Shown: positions 1-13,049 of the stretch, piece after piece
How the letters are laid out: each line of letters starts with the position of its first letter
Numbering within the stretch: the first letter of the stretch is position 1
Assembly (NCBI RefSeq): GCF_009914755.1
Contig: NC_060935.1
Length of the DNA stretch: 64,000 nucleotides
Reading direction: 5' to 3' (one strand)
Source of the DNA: the human T2T-CHM13v2.0 reference genome, Homo sapiens
The notes under the pieces: model-generated
Databases searched by the model: none
Told to the model about the DNA's origin: nothing
Seen by the model: the letters and a program-made list of their open reading frames with translations, nothing else
Program-made: the position numbers and the translations under genes

Positions 1-68
1 TTCATAGTTCAGCTTTCAAACACTCTTTTTGTAGAATCTGCAAGTGGATATTTGGACCACTTTGTTGC

Positions 69-85
69 CTTCCTTCGAAACGGGT
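69..85 (+). promoter_or_regulatory. Degenerate CENP-B box (8 of 9 core bases), fixed across the HOR copies
   Basis: CTTCCTTCGAAACGGGT has TTCC in place of TTCG at the box position of a B-type monomer. It is predicted not to bind CENP-B. Confidence 0.85.
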
Positions 86-239
86 ATATCTTCACATCAA
101 ACCTAGACAGAAGCATTCTCAGAATGTTTCCTGTGATGACTGCATTCAACTCACAGAGGTGAACAATCCTGCTGATGGAGCAGTTTTGAAACTCTCTTTC
201 TTTGGATTCTGCAAGTGGATATGTGGACCTCTGTGAAGA

Positions 240-256
240 TTTCGTTGGAAACGGGT
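240..256 (+). promoter_or_regulatory. CENP-B box, intact (type 1; recurs every 850 bp)
   Basis: TTTCGTTGGAAACGGGT matches all 9 core positions of nTTCGnnnnAnnCGGGn. Confidence 0.95.
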
Positions 257-410
257 TCATCTTCACAGAAAAACTAAACAGGAGCATTCTCAGAAACTGC
301 TTTGTGATGTTTGTGTTCCACTTCAAGAATTGAACTTTCCTCTTGACAGAGCAGCTCTGAAACCCTCTTTTTCTAGAATCTGCAAGTGGACATTTGGAGG
401 GCTTTGAGGC

Positions 411-427
411 CTGTGGTGGAAAAGGAA
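411..427 (+). promoter_or_regulatory. pJalpha-type (A-box) motif of the first A-type monomer
   Basis: CTGTGGTGGAAAAGGAA sits at the position equivalent to the CENP-B box and resembles the A-monomer motif CTAYGGTGRAAAAGGAA. Confidence 0.75.
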
Positions 428-580
428 AATCTTCACATAAAAAGTAGATGGAAGCATTCTCAGAAACTACTTTGTGATGATTGCATTCGACTCACAGAGT
501 TGAACATTCCTATAGATAGAGCAGTTTGTAAACAATCTGTTTGTAGAATCTGCGATTGGAGATTCGCACTGCTTTGAGGC

Positions 581-597
581 CTACTGTAGTAAAGGAA
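581..597 (+). promoter_or_regulatory. Diverged pJalpha-type (A-box) motif of the second A-type monomer
   Basis: CTACTGTAGTAAAGGAA at the box position has the A-type AAAGGAA end but several mismatches. Confidence 0.55.
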
Positions 598-751
598 ATA
601 ACTTCATCTAAAAACCAAACGGAAGCATTCAAAGACAATTCTTAGTGATCATTGGATTGAACTAACAGAGCTGAACATTCCTTTAGATGGCGCAGTTTCC
701 AAACACACTTTCTGTAGAATCTGCAAGTGGATATTTGGACCTCTCTGAGGA

Positions 752-768
752 TTTCGTTGGAAACGGGA
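752..768 (+). promoter_or_regulatory. CENP-B box, intact (type 2; recurs every 850 bp)
   Basis: TTTCGTTGGAAACGGGA matches the canonical YTTCGTTGGAARCGGGA. Confidence 0.97.
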
Positions 769-3700
769 TAAACTTCCCAGAACTACACGGAAGCATTCTG
801 AGAAACTTCTTTGTGATGTTTGCATTCAACTCACAGAGTTGAACCTTGCTTTCATAGTTCAGCTTTCAAACACTCTTTTTGTAGAATCTGCAAGTGGATA
901 TTTGGACCACTTTGTGGCCTTCCTTCGAAACGGGTATATCTTCACATCAAACCTAGACGGAAGCATTATCAGAATGTTTCCTGTGATGACTGCATTCAAC
1001 TCACAGAGGTGAACAATCCTGCTGATGGAGCAGTTTTGAAACTCTCTTTCTTTGGATTCTGCAAGTGGATATGTGGACCTCTTTGAAGATTTCGTTGGAA
1101 ACGGGTTCATCTTCACAGAAAAACTAAACAGAAGCATTCTCAGAAACTGCTTTGTGATGTTTGTGTTCCACTTCAAGAATTGAACTTTCCTCTTGACAGA
1201 GCAGCTCTGAAACCCTTTTTTTCCAGAATCTGCAAGTGGACATTTGGAGGGCTTTGAGGCCTGTGGTGGAAAAGGAAAATCTTCACATAAGAACTAGATG
1301 GAATCATTCTCAGAAACTACTTTGTGATGATTGCATTCGACTCACAGAGTTGAACATTCCTATAGATAGAGCAGGTTGTAAACAATCTTTTTGTAGAATC
1401 TGCGATTGGAGATTTGGACTGCTTTGAGGCCTACTGTAGTAAAGGAAATAACTTCATCTAAAAACCAAACGGAAGCATTCACAGACAATTCTTAGTGATC
1501 ATTGGATTGAACTAACAGAGCTGAACATTCCTTTAGATGGAGCAGTTTCCAAACACACTTTCTGTAGAATCTGCAAGTGGATATTTGGACCTCTCTGAGG
1601 ATTTCGTTGGAAACGGGATAAACTTCCCAGAACTACACGGAAGCATTCTGAGAAACTTCTTTGTGATGTTTGCATTCAACTCACAGAGTTGAATCTTGCT
1701 TTCATAGTTCAGCTTTCAAACACTCTTTTTGTAGAATCTGCAAGTGGATATTTGGACCACTTTGTTGCCTTCCTTCGAAACGGGTATATCTTCACATCAA
1801 ACCTAGACAGAAGCATTCTCAGAATGTTTCCTGTGATGACTGCATTCAACTCACAGAGGTGAACAATCCTGCTGATGGAGCAGTTTTGAAACTCTCTTTC
1901 TTTGGATTCTGCAAGTGGATATGTGGACCTCTGTGAAGATTTCGTTGGAAACGGGTTCATCTTCACAGAAAAACTAAACAGGAGCATTCTCAGAAACTGC
2001 TTTGTGATGTTTGTGTTCCACTTCAAGAATTGAACTTTCCTCTTGACAGAGCAGCTCTGAAACCCTCTTTTTCTAGAATCTGCAAGTGGACATTTGGAGG
2101 GCTTTGAGGCCTGTGGTGGAAAAGGAAAATCTTCACATAAAAACTAGATGGAAGCATTCTCAGAAACTACTTTGTGATGATTGCATTCGACTCACAGAGT
2201 TGAACATTCCTATCGATAGAGCAGTTTGTAAACAATCTGTTTGTAGAATCTGCGATTGGAGATTCGGACTGCTTTGAGGCCTACTGTAGTAAAGGAAATA
2301 ACTTCATCTAAAAACCAAACGGAAGCATTCAAAGACAATTCTTAGTGATCATTGGATTGAACTAACAGAGCTGAACATTCCTTTAGATGGCGCAGTTTCC
2401 AAACACACTTTCTGTAGAATCTGCAAGTGGATATTTGGACCTCTCTGAGGATTTCGTTGGAAACGGGATAAACTTCCCAGAACTACACGGAAGCATTCTG
2501 AGAAACTTCTTTGTGATGTTTGCATTCAACTCACAGAGTTGAACCTTGCTTTCATAGTTCAGCTTTCAAACACTCTTTTTGTAGAATCTGCAAGTGGATA
2601 TTTGGACCACTTTGTGGCCTTCCTTCGAAACGGGTATATCTTCACATCAAACCTAGACGGAAGCATTATCAGAATGTTTCCTGTGATGACTGCATTCAAC
2701 TCACAGAGGTGAACAATCCTGCTGATGGAGCAGTTTTGAAACTCTCTTTCTTTGGATTCTGCAAGTGGATATGTGGACCTCTTTGAAGATTTCGTTGGAA
2801 ACGGGTTCATCTTCACAGAAAAACTAAACAGAAGCATTCTCAGAAACTGCTTTGTGATGTTTGTGTTCCACTTCAAGAATTGAACTTTCCTCTTGACAGA
2901 GCAGCTCTGAAACCCTTTTTTTCCAGAATCTGCAAGTGGACATTTGGAGGGCTTTGAGGCCTGTGGTGGAAAAGGAAAATCTTCACATAAGAACTAGATG
3001 GAATCATTCTCAGAAACTACTTTGTGATGATTGTATTCGACTCACAGAGTTGAACATTCCTATAGATAGAGCAGGTTGTAAACAATCTTTTTGTAGAATC
3101 TGCGATTGGAGATTTGGACTGCTTTGAGGCCTACTGTAGTAAAGGAAATAACTTCATCTAAAAACCAAACGGAAGCATTCACAGACAATTCTTAGTGATC
3201 ATTGGATTGAACTAACAGAGCTGAACATTCCTTTAGATGGAGCAGTTTCCAAACACACTTTCTGTAGAATCTGCAAGTGGATATTTGGACCTCTCTGAGG
3301 ATTTCGTTGGAAACGGGATAAACTTCCCAGAACTACACGGAAGCATTCTGAGAAACTTCTTTGTGATGTTTGCATTCAACTCACAGAGTTGAACCTTGCT
3401 TTCATAGTTCAGCTTTCAAACACTCTTTTTGTAGAATCTGCAAGTGGATATTTGGACCACTTTGTGGCCTTCCTTCGAAACGGGTATATCTTCACATCAA
3501 ACCTAGACAGAAGCATTCTCAGAATGTTTCCTGTGATGACTGCATTCAACTCACAGAGTTGAACAATCCTGCTGATGGAGCAGTTTTGAAACTCTCTTTC
3601 TTTGGATTCTGCAAGTGGATATGTGGACCTCTGTGAAGATTTCGTTGGAAACGGGTTCATCTTCACAGAAAAACTAAACAGGAGCATTCTCAGAAACTGC

Positions 3701-6700
3701 TTTGTGATGTTTGTGTTCCACTTCAAGAATTGAGCTTTCCTCTTGACAGAGCAGCTCTGAAACCCTCTTTTTCTAGAATCTGCAAGTGGACCTTTGGAGG
3801 GCTTTGAGGCCTGTGGTGGAAAAGGAAAATCTTCACATAAAAAGTAGATGGAAGCATTCTCAGAAACTACTTTGTGATGATTGCATTCGACTCACAGAGT
3901 TGAACATTCCTATAGATAGAGCAGGTTGTAAACAATCTTTTTGTAGAATCTGCGATTGGAGATTTGGACTGCTTTGAGGCCTACTGTAGTAAAGGAAATA
4001 ACTTCATCTAAAAACCAAACGGAAGCATTCACAGACAATTCTTAGTGATCATTGGATTGAACTAACAGAGCTGAACATTCCTTTAGATGGAGCAGTTTCC
4101 AAACACACTTTCTGTAGAATCTGCAAGTGGATATTTGGACCTCTCTGAGGATTTCGTTGGAAACGGGATAAACTTCCTAGAACTACACGGAAGCATTCTG
4201 AGAAACTTCTTTGTGATGTTTGCATTCAACTCACAGAGTTGAACCTTGCTTTCATAGTTCAGCTTTCAAACACTCTTTTTGTAGAATCTGCAAGTTGATA
4301 TGTGGACCACTTTGTGGCCTTCCTTCGAAACGGGTATATCTTCACATCAAACCTAGACAGAAGCATTCTCAGAATGTTTCCTGTGATGACTGCATTCAAC
4401 TCACAGAGGTGAACAATCCTGCTGATGGAGCAGTTTTGAAACTCCCTTTCTTTGGATTCTGCAAGTGGATATGTGGACCTCTGTGAAGATTTCGTTGGAA
4501 ACGGGTTCATCTTCACAGAAAAACTAAACAGGAGCATTCTCAGAAACTGCTTTGTGATGTTTGTGTTCCACTTCAGGAATTGAACTTTCCTCTTAACAGA
4601 GCAGCTCTGAAACCCTCTTATTCTAGAATCTGCAAGTGGACATTTGGAGGGCTTTGAGGCCTGTGGTGGAAAAGGAAAATCTTCACATAAAAACTAGATG
4701 GAAGCATTCTCAGAAACTACTTTGTGATGATTGCATTCGACTCACAGAGTTGAACATTCCTATAGATAGAGCAGGTTGTAAACAATCTTTTTGTAGAATC
4801 TGCGATTGGAGATTTGGACTGCTTTGAGGCCTACTGTAGTAAAGGAAATAACTTCATCTAAAAACCAAACGGAAGCATTCACAGACAATTCTTAGTGATC
4901 ATTGGATTGAACTAACAGAGCTGAACATTCCTTTAGATGGAGCAGTTTCCAAACCCACTTTCTGTAGAATCTGCAAGTGGATATTTGGACCTCTCTGAGG
5001 ATTTCGTTGGAAACGGGATAAACTTCCCAGAACTACACGGAAGTATTCTGAGAAACTTCTTTGTGATGTTTGCATTCAACTCACAGAGTTGAACCTTGCT
5101 TTCATAGTTCAGCTTTCAAACACTCTTTTTGTAGAATCTGCAAGTGGATATTTGGACCACTTTGTGGCCTTCCTTCGAAACGGGTATATCTTCACATCAA
5201 ACCTAGACAGAAGCATTCTCAGAATGTTTCCTGTGATGACTGCATTCAACTCACAGAGGTGAACAATCCTGCTGATGGAGCAGTTTTGAAACTCTCTTTC
5301 TTTGGATTCTGCAAGTGGATATGTGGACCTCTGTGAAGATTTCGTTGGAAACGGGTTCATCTTCACAGAAAAACTAAACAGAAGCATTATCAGAAACTGC
5401 TTTGTGATGTTTTTGTTCCACTTCAGGAATTGAACTTTCCTCTTGACAGAGCAGCTCTGAAACCCTCTTATTCTAGAATCTGCAAGTGGACATTTGGAGG
5501 GCTTTGAGGCCTGTGGTGGAAAAGGAAAACCTTCACATAAAAAGTAGATGGAAGCATTCTCAGAAACTACTTTGTGATGATTGCATTCGACTCACAGAAT
5601 TGAACATTCCTATAGATAGAGCAGTTTGTAAACAATCTTTTTGTAGAATCTGCGATTGGAGATTTGGACTGCTTTGAGGCCTACTGTAGTAAAGGAAATA
5701 ACTTCATCTAAAAACCAAACGGAAGCATTCACAGACAATTCTTAGTGATCATTGGATTGAACTAACAGAGCTGAACATTCCCTTAGATGGCGCAGTTTCC
5801 AAACACGCTTTCTGTAGAATCTGCACGTGGATATTTGGACCTCTCTGAGGATTTCGTTGGAAACGGGATAAACTTCCCAGAACTACACGGAAGCATTCTG
5901 AGAAACTTCTTTGTGATGTTTGCATTCAACTCACAGAGTTGAACCTTGCTTTCATAGTTCAGCTTTCAAACACTCTTTTTGTAGAATCTGCAAGTGGATA
6001 TTTGGACCACTTTGTGGCCTTCCTTCGAAACGGGTATATCTTCACATCAAACCTAGACAGAAGCATTCTCAGAATGTTTCCTGTGATGACTGCATTCAAC
6101 TCACAGAGGTGAACAATCCAGCTGATGGAGCAGTTTTGAAACTCTCTTTCTTTGGATTCTGCAAGTGGATATGTGGACCTCTGTGAAGATTTCGTTGGAA
6201 ACGGGTTCATCTTCACAGAAAAATTAACAGGAGCATTCTCAGAAACTGCTTTGTGATGTTTGCGTTCCACTTCAGGAATTGAACTTTCCTCTTGACAGAG
6301 CAGCTCTGAAACCCTCTTTTTCTAGAATCTGCAAGTGGACATTTGGAGGGCTTTGAGGCCTGTGGTGGAAAAGGAAAATCTTCACATAAAAACTAGATGG
6401 AAGCATTCTCAGAAACTACTTTGTGATGATTGCATTCGACTCACAGAGTTGAACATTCCTATAGATAGAGCAGGTTGTAAACAATCTTTTTGTAGAATCT
6501 GCGATTGGAGATTTGGACTGCTTTGAGGCCTACTGTAGTAAAGGAAATAACTTCATCTAAAAACCAAACGGAAGCATTCACAGACAATTCTTAGTGATCA
6601 TTGGATTGAACTAACAGAGCTGAACATTCCCTTAGATGGCGCAGTTTCCAAACACACTTTCTGTAGAATCTGCAAGTGGATATTTGGACCTCTCTGAGGA

Positions 6701-9700
6701 TTTCGTTGGAAACGGGATAAACTTCCCAGAACTACACGGAAGCATTCTGAGAAACTTCTTTGTGATGTTTGCATTCATCTCACAGAGTTGAACCTTGCTT
6801 TCATAGTTCAGCTTTCAAACACTCTTTTTGTAGAATCTGCAAGTGGATATTTGGACCACTTTGTTGCCTTCCTTCGAAACGGGTATATCTTCACATCAAA
6901 CCTAGACAGAAGCATTCTCAGAATGTTTCCTGTGATGACTGCATTCAACTCACAGAGGTGAACAATCCTGCTGATGGAGCAGTTTTAAACTCCCTTTCTT
7001 TGGATTCTGCAAGTGGATATGTGGACCTCTGTGAAGATTTCCTTGGAAACGGGTTCATCTTCACAGAAAAAGTAAACAGGAGCATTCTCAGAAACTGCTT
7101 TGTGATGTTTGTGTTCCACTTCAGGAATTGAACTTTCCTCTTAACAGAGCAGCTCTGAAACCCTCTTATTCTAGAATCTGCAAGTGGACATTTGGAGGGC
7201 TTTGAGGCCTGTGGTGGAAAAGGAAAATCTTCACATAAAAACTAGATGGAAGCATTCTCAGAAACTACTTTGTGATGATTGCATTCGACTCACAGAGTTG
7301 AACATTCCTATAGATAGAGCAGGTTGTAAACAATCTTTTTGTAGAATCTGCGATTGGAGATTTGGACTGCTTTGAGGCCTACTGTAGTAAAGGAAATAAC
7401 TTCATCTAAAAACCAAACGGAAGCATTCACAGACAATTCTTAGTGATCATTGGATTGAACTAACAGAGCTGAACATTCCCTTAGATGGCGCAGTTTCCAA
7501 ACACACTTTCTGTAGAATCTGCAAGTGGATATTTGGACCTCTCTGAGGATTTCGTTGGAAACGGGATAAACTTCCCAGAACTACACGGAAGCATTCTGAG
7601 AAACTTCTTTGTGATGTTTGCATTCAACTCACAGAGTTGAACCTTGCTTTCATAGTTCAGCTTTCAAACACTCTTTTTGTAGAATCTGCAAGTGGATATT
7701 TGGACCACTTTGTGGCCTTCCTTCGAAACGGGTATATCTTCACATCAAACCTAGACAGAAGCATTCTCAGAATGTTTCCTGTGATGACTGCATTCAACTC
7801 ACAGAGTTGAACAATCCTGCTGATGGAGCAGTTTTGAAACTCTCTTTCTTTGGATTCTGCAAGTGGATATGTGGACCTCTGTGAAGATTTCGTTGGAAAC
7901 GGGTTCATCTTCACAGAAAAACTAAACAGGAGCATTCTCAGAAACTGCTTTGTGATGTTTGTGTTCCACTTCAGGAATTGAACTTTCCTCTTAACAGAGC
8001 AGCTCTGAAACCCTCTTATTCTAGAATCTGCAAGTGGACATTTGGAGGGCTTTGAGGCCTGTGGTGGAAAAGGAAAATCTTCACATAAAAACTAGATGGA
8101 AGCATTCTCAGAAACTACTTTGTGATGATTGCATTCGACTCACAGAGTTGAACATTCCTATAGATAGAGCAGGTTGTAAACAATCTTTTTGTAGAATCTG
8201 CGATTGGAGATTTGGACTGCTTTGAGGCCTACTGTAGTAAAGGAAATAACTTCATCTAAAAACCAAACGGAAGCATTCACAGACAATTCTTAGTGATCAT
8301 TGGATTGAACTAACAGAGCTGAACATTCCCTTAGATGGCGCAGTTTCCAAACACACTTTCTGTAGAATCTGCAAGTGGATATTTGGACCTCTCTGAGGAT
8401 TTCGTTGGAAACGGGATAAACTTCCCAGAACTACACGGAAGCATTCTGAGAAACTTCTTTGTGATGTTTGCATTCAACTCACAGAGTTGAATCTTGCTTT
8501 CATAGTTCAGCTTTCAAACACTCTTTTTGTAGAATCTGCAAGTGGATATTTGGACCACTTTGTTGCCTTCCTTCGAAACGGGTATATCTTCACATCAAAC
8601 CTAGACAGAAGCATTCTCAGAATGTTTCCTGTGATGACTGCATTCAACTCACAGAGGTGAACAATCCTGCTGATGGAGCAGTTTTGAAACTCTCTTTCTT
8701 TGGATTCTGCAAGTGGATATGTGGACCTCTGTGAAGATTTCGTTGGAAACGGGTTCATCTTCACAGAAAAACTAAACAGGAGCATTCTCAGAAACTGCTT
8801 TGTGATGTTTGTGTTCCACTTCAAGAATTGAACTTTCCTCTTGACAGAGCAGCTCTGAAACCCTCTTTTTCTAGAATCTGCAAGTGGACATTTGGAGGGC
8901 TTTGAGGCCTGTGGTGGAAAAGGAAAATCTTCACATAAAAAGTAGATGGAAGCATTCTCAGAAACTACTTTGTGATGATTGCATTCGACTCACAGAGTTG
9001 AACATTCCTATAGATAGAGCAGTTTGTAAACAATCTGTTTGTAGAATCTGCGATTGGAGATTCGCACTGCTTTGAGGCCTACTGTAGTAAAGGAAATAAC
9101 TTCATCTAAAAACCAAACGGAAGCATTCAAAGACAATTCTTAGTGATCATTGGATTGAACTAACAGAGCTGAACATTCCTTTAGATGGCGCAGTTTCCAA
9201 ACACACTTTCTGTAGAATCTGCAAGTGGATATTTGGACCTCTCTGAGGATTTCGTTGGAAACGGGATAAACTTCCCAGAACTACACGGAAGCATTCTGAG
9301 AAACTTCTTTGTGATGTTTGCATTCAACTCACAGAGTTGAACCTTGCTTTCATAGTTCAGCTTTCAAACACTCTTTTTGTAGAATCTGCAAGTGGATATT
9401 TGGACCACTTTGTGGCCTTCCTTCGAAACGGGTATATCTTCACATCAAACCTAGACGGAAGCATTATCAGAATGTTTCCTGTGATGACTGCATTCAACTC
9501 ACAGAGGTGAACAATCCTGCTGATGGAGCAGTTTTGAAACTCTCTTTCTTTGGATTCTGCAAGTGGATATGTGGACCTCTTTGAAGATTTCGTTGGAAAC
9601 GGGTTCATCTTCACAGAAAAACTAAACAGAAGCATTCTCAGAAACTGCTTTGTGATGTTTGTGTTCCACTTCAAGAATTGAACTTTCCTCTTGACAGAGC

Positions 9701-12700
9701 AGCTCTGAAACCCTTTTTTTCCAGAATCTGCAAGTGGACATTTGGAGGGCTTTGAGGCCTGTGGTGGAAAAGGAAAATCTTCACATAAGAACTAGATGGA
9801 ATCATTCTCAGAAACTACTTTGTGATGATTGCATTCGACTCACAGAGTTGAACATTCCTATAGATAGAGCAGGTTGTAAACAATCTTTTTGTAGAATCTG
9901 CGATTGGAGATTTGGACTGCTTTGAGGCCTACTGTAGTAAAGGAAATAACTTCATCTAAAAACCAAACGGAAGCATTCACAGACAATTCTTAGTGATCAT
10001 TGGATTGAACTAACAGAGCTGAACATTCCTTTAGATGGAGCAGTTTCCAAACACACTTTCTGTAGAATCTGCAAGTGGATATTTGGACCTCTCTGAGGAT
10101 TTCGTTGGAAACGGGATAAACTTCCCAGAACTACACGGAAGCATTCTGAGAAACTTCTTTGTGATGTTTGCATTCAACTCACAGAGTTGAATCTTGCTTT
10201 CATAGTTCAGCTTTCAAACACTCTTTTTGTAGAATCTGCAAGTGGATATTTGGACCACTTTGTTGCCTTCCTTCGAAACGGGTATATCTTCACATCAAAC
10301 CTAGACAGAAGCATTCTCAGAATGTTTCCTGTGATGACTGCATTCAACTCACAGAGGTGAACAATCCTGCTGATGGAGCAGTTTTGAAACTCTCTTTCTT
10401 TGGATTCTGCAAGTGGATATGTGGACCTCTGTGAAGATTTCGTTGGAAACGGGTTCATCTTCACAGAAAAACTAAACAGGAGCATTCTCAGAAACTGCTT
10501 TGTGATGTTTGTGTTCCACTTCAAGAATTGAACTTTCCTCTTGACAGAGCAGCTCTGAAACCCTCTTTTTCTAGAATCTGCAAGTGGACATTTGGAGGGC
10601 TTTGAGGCCTGTGGTGGAAAAGGAAAATCTTCACATAAAAACTAGATGGAAGCATTCTCAGAAACTACTTTGTGATGATTGCATTCGACTCACAGAGTTG
10701 AACATTCCTATCGATAGAGCAGTTTGTAAACAATCTGTTTGTAGAATCTGCGATTGGAGATTCGGACTGCTTTGAGGCCTACTGTAGTAAAGGAAATAAC
10801 TTCATCTAAAAACCAAACGGAAGCATTCAAAGACAATTCTTAGTGATCATTGGATTGAACTAACAGAGCTGAACATTCCTTTAGATGGCGCAGTTTCCAA
10901 ACACACTTTCTGTAGAATCTGCAAGTGGATATTTGGACCTCTCTGAGGATTTCGTTGGAAACGGGATAAACTTCCCAGAACTACACGGAAGCATTCTGAG
11001 AAACTTCTTTGTGATGTTTGCATTCAACTCACAGAGTTGAACCTTGCTTTCATAGTTCAGCTTTCAAACACTCTTTTTGTAGAATCTGCAAGTGGATATT
11101 TGGACCACTTTGTGGCCTTCCTTCGAAACGGGTATATCTTCACATCAAACCTAGACGGAAGCATTATCAGAATGTTTCCTGTGATGACTGCATTCAACTC
11201 ACAGAGGTGAACAATCCTGCTGATGGAGCAGTTTTGAAACTCTCTTTCTTTGGATTCTGCAAGTGGATATGTGGACCTCTTTGAAGATTTCGTTGGAAAC
11301 GGGTTCATCTTCACAGAAAAACTAAACAGAAGCATTCTCAGAAACTGCTTTGTGATGTTTGTGTTCCACTTCAAGAATTGAACTTTCCTCTTGACAGAGC
11401 AGCTCTGAAACCCTTTTTTTCCAGAATCTGCAAGTGGACATTTGGAGGGCTTTGAGGCCTGTGGTGGAAAAGGAAAATCTTCACATAAGAACTAGATGGA
11501 ATCATTCTCAGAAACTACTTTGTGATGATTGTATTCGACTCACAGAGTTGAACATTCCTATAGATAGAGCAGGTTGTAAACAATCTTTTTGTAGAATCTG
11601 CGATTGGAGATTTGGACTGCTTTGAGGCCTACTGTAGTAAAGGAAATAACTTCATCTAAAAACCAAACGGAAGCATTCACAGACAATTCTTAGTGATCAT
11701 TGGATTGAACTAACAGAGCTGAACATTCCTTTAGATGGAGCAGTTTCCAAACACACTTTCTGTAGAATCTGCAAGTGGATATTTGGACCTCTCTGAGGAT
11801 TTCGTTGGAAACGGGATAAACTTCCCAGAACTACACGGAAGCATTCTGAGAAACTTCTTTGTGATGTTTGCATTCAACTCACAGAGTTGAACCTTGCTTT
11901 CATAGTTCAGCTTTCAAACACTCTTTTTGTAGAATCTGCAAGTGGATATTTGGACCACTTTGTGGCCTTCCTTCGAAACGGGTATATCTTCACATCAAAC
12001 CTAGACAGAAGCATTCTCAGAATGTTTCCTGTGATGACTGCATTCAACTCACAGAGTTGAACAATCCTGCTGATGGAGCAGTTTTGAAACTCTCTTTCTT
12101 TGGATTCTGCAAGTGGATATGTGGACCTCTGTGAAGATTTCGTTGGAAACGGGTTCATCTTCACAGAAAAACTAAACAGGAGCATTCTCAGAAACTGCTT
12201 TGTGATGTTTGTGTTCCACTTCAAGAATTGAGCTTTCCTCTTGACAGAGCAGCTCTGAAACCCTCTTTTTCTAGAATCTGCAAGTGGACCTTTGGAGGGC
12301 TTTGAGGCCTGTGGTGGAAAAGGAAAATCTTCACATAAAAAGTAGATGGAAGCATTCTCAGAAACTACTTTGTGATGATTGCATTCGACTCACAGAGTTG
12401 AACATTCCTATAGATAGAGCAGGTTGTAAACAATCTTTTTGTAGAATCTGCGATTGGAGATTTGGACTGCTTTGAGGCCTACTGTAGTAAAGGAAATAAC
12501 TTCATCTAAAAACCAAACGGAAGCATTCACAGACAATTCTTAGTGATCATTGGATTGAACTAACAGAGCTGAACATTCCTTTAGATGGAGCAGTTTCCAA
12601 ACACACTTTCTGTAGAATCTGCAAGTGGATATTTGGACCTCTCTGAGGATTTCGTTGGAAACGGGATAAACTTCCTAGAACTACACGGAAGCATTCTGAG

Positions 12701-13049
12701 AAACTTCTTTGTGATGTTTGCATTCAACTCACAGAGTTGAACCTTGCTTTCATAGTTCAGCTTTCAAACACTCTTTTTGTAGAATCTGCAAGTTGATATG
12801 TGGACCACTTTGTGGCCTTCCTTCGAAACGGGTATATCTTCACATCAAACCTAGACAGAAGCATTCTCAGAATGTTTCCTGTGATGACTGCATTCAACTC
12901 ACAGAGGTGAACAATCCTGCTGATGGAGCAGTTTTGAAACTCCCTTTCTTTGGATTCTGCAAGTGGATATGTGGACCTCTGTGAAGATTTCGTTGGAAAC
13001 GGGTTCATCTTCACAGAAAAACTAAACAGGAGCATTCTCAGAAACTGCT

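Larger units (their letters stand above)
114..963 (+). repeat. First complete 850-bp HOR unit (reference example): monomers 114-284, 285-454, 455-625, 626-793, 794-963; type order B-A-A-B-B(degenerate)
   Basis: CATT monomer starts after GAAG/GGAG at 114, 285, 455, 626, 794 and 964, giving lengths 171+170+171+168+170=850. A/B type was assigned from the pJalpha-like versus CENP-B-like motif at the box position. Confidence 0.95.
1..3393 (+). repeat. Nested 2-HOR duplication, period 1700 bp (repeated again at about 8499-11891)
   Basis: Shared rare variants at 61/1761, 531/2231, 631/2331, 951-970/2651-2670, 1081/2781, 1211-1230/2911-2930 and 1291-1310/2991-3010. Confidence 0.88.

Noticed and set aside
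508-521. TATA-like CCTATAGATAGAG as a promoter for centromeric transcripts
   Set aside because: It is a short AT-rich motif and not a consensus TATA box. Alpha-satellite transcription is known, but it cannot be located from sequence alone.
6769-7131. Longer 120-aa ORF (also at 15267-15629) and the 131-aa ORF at 45052-45447
   Set aside because: They are explained by a 1-bp deletion (TTTTAAAC, ~6985) or by point changes that alter starts and stops. Nothing supports coding function.
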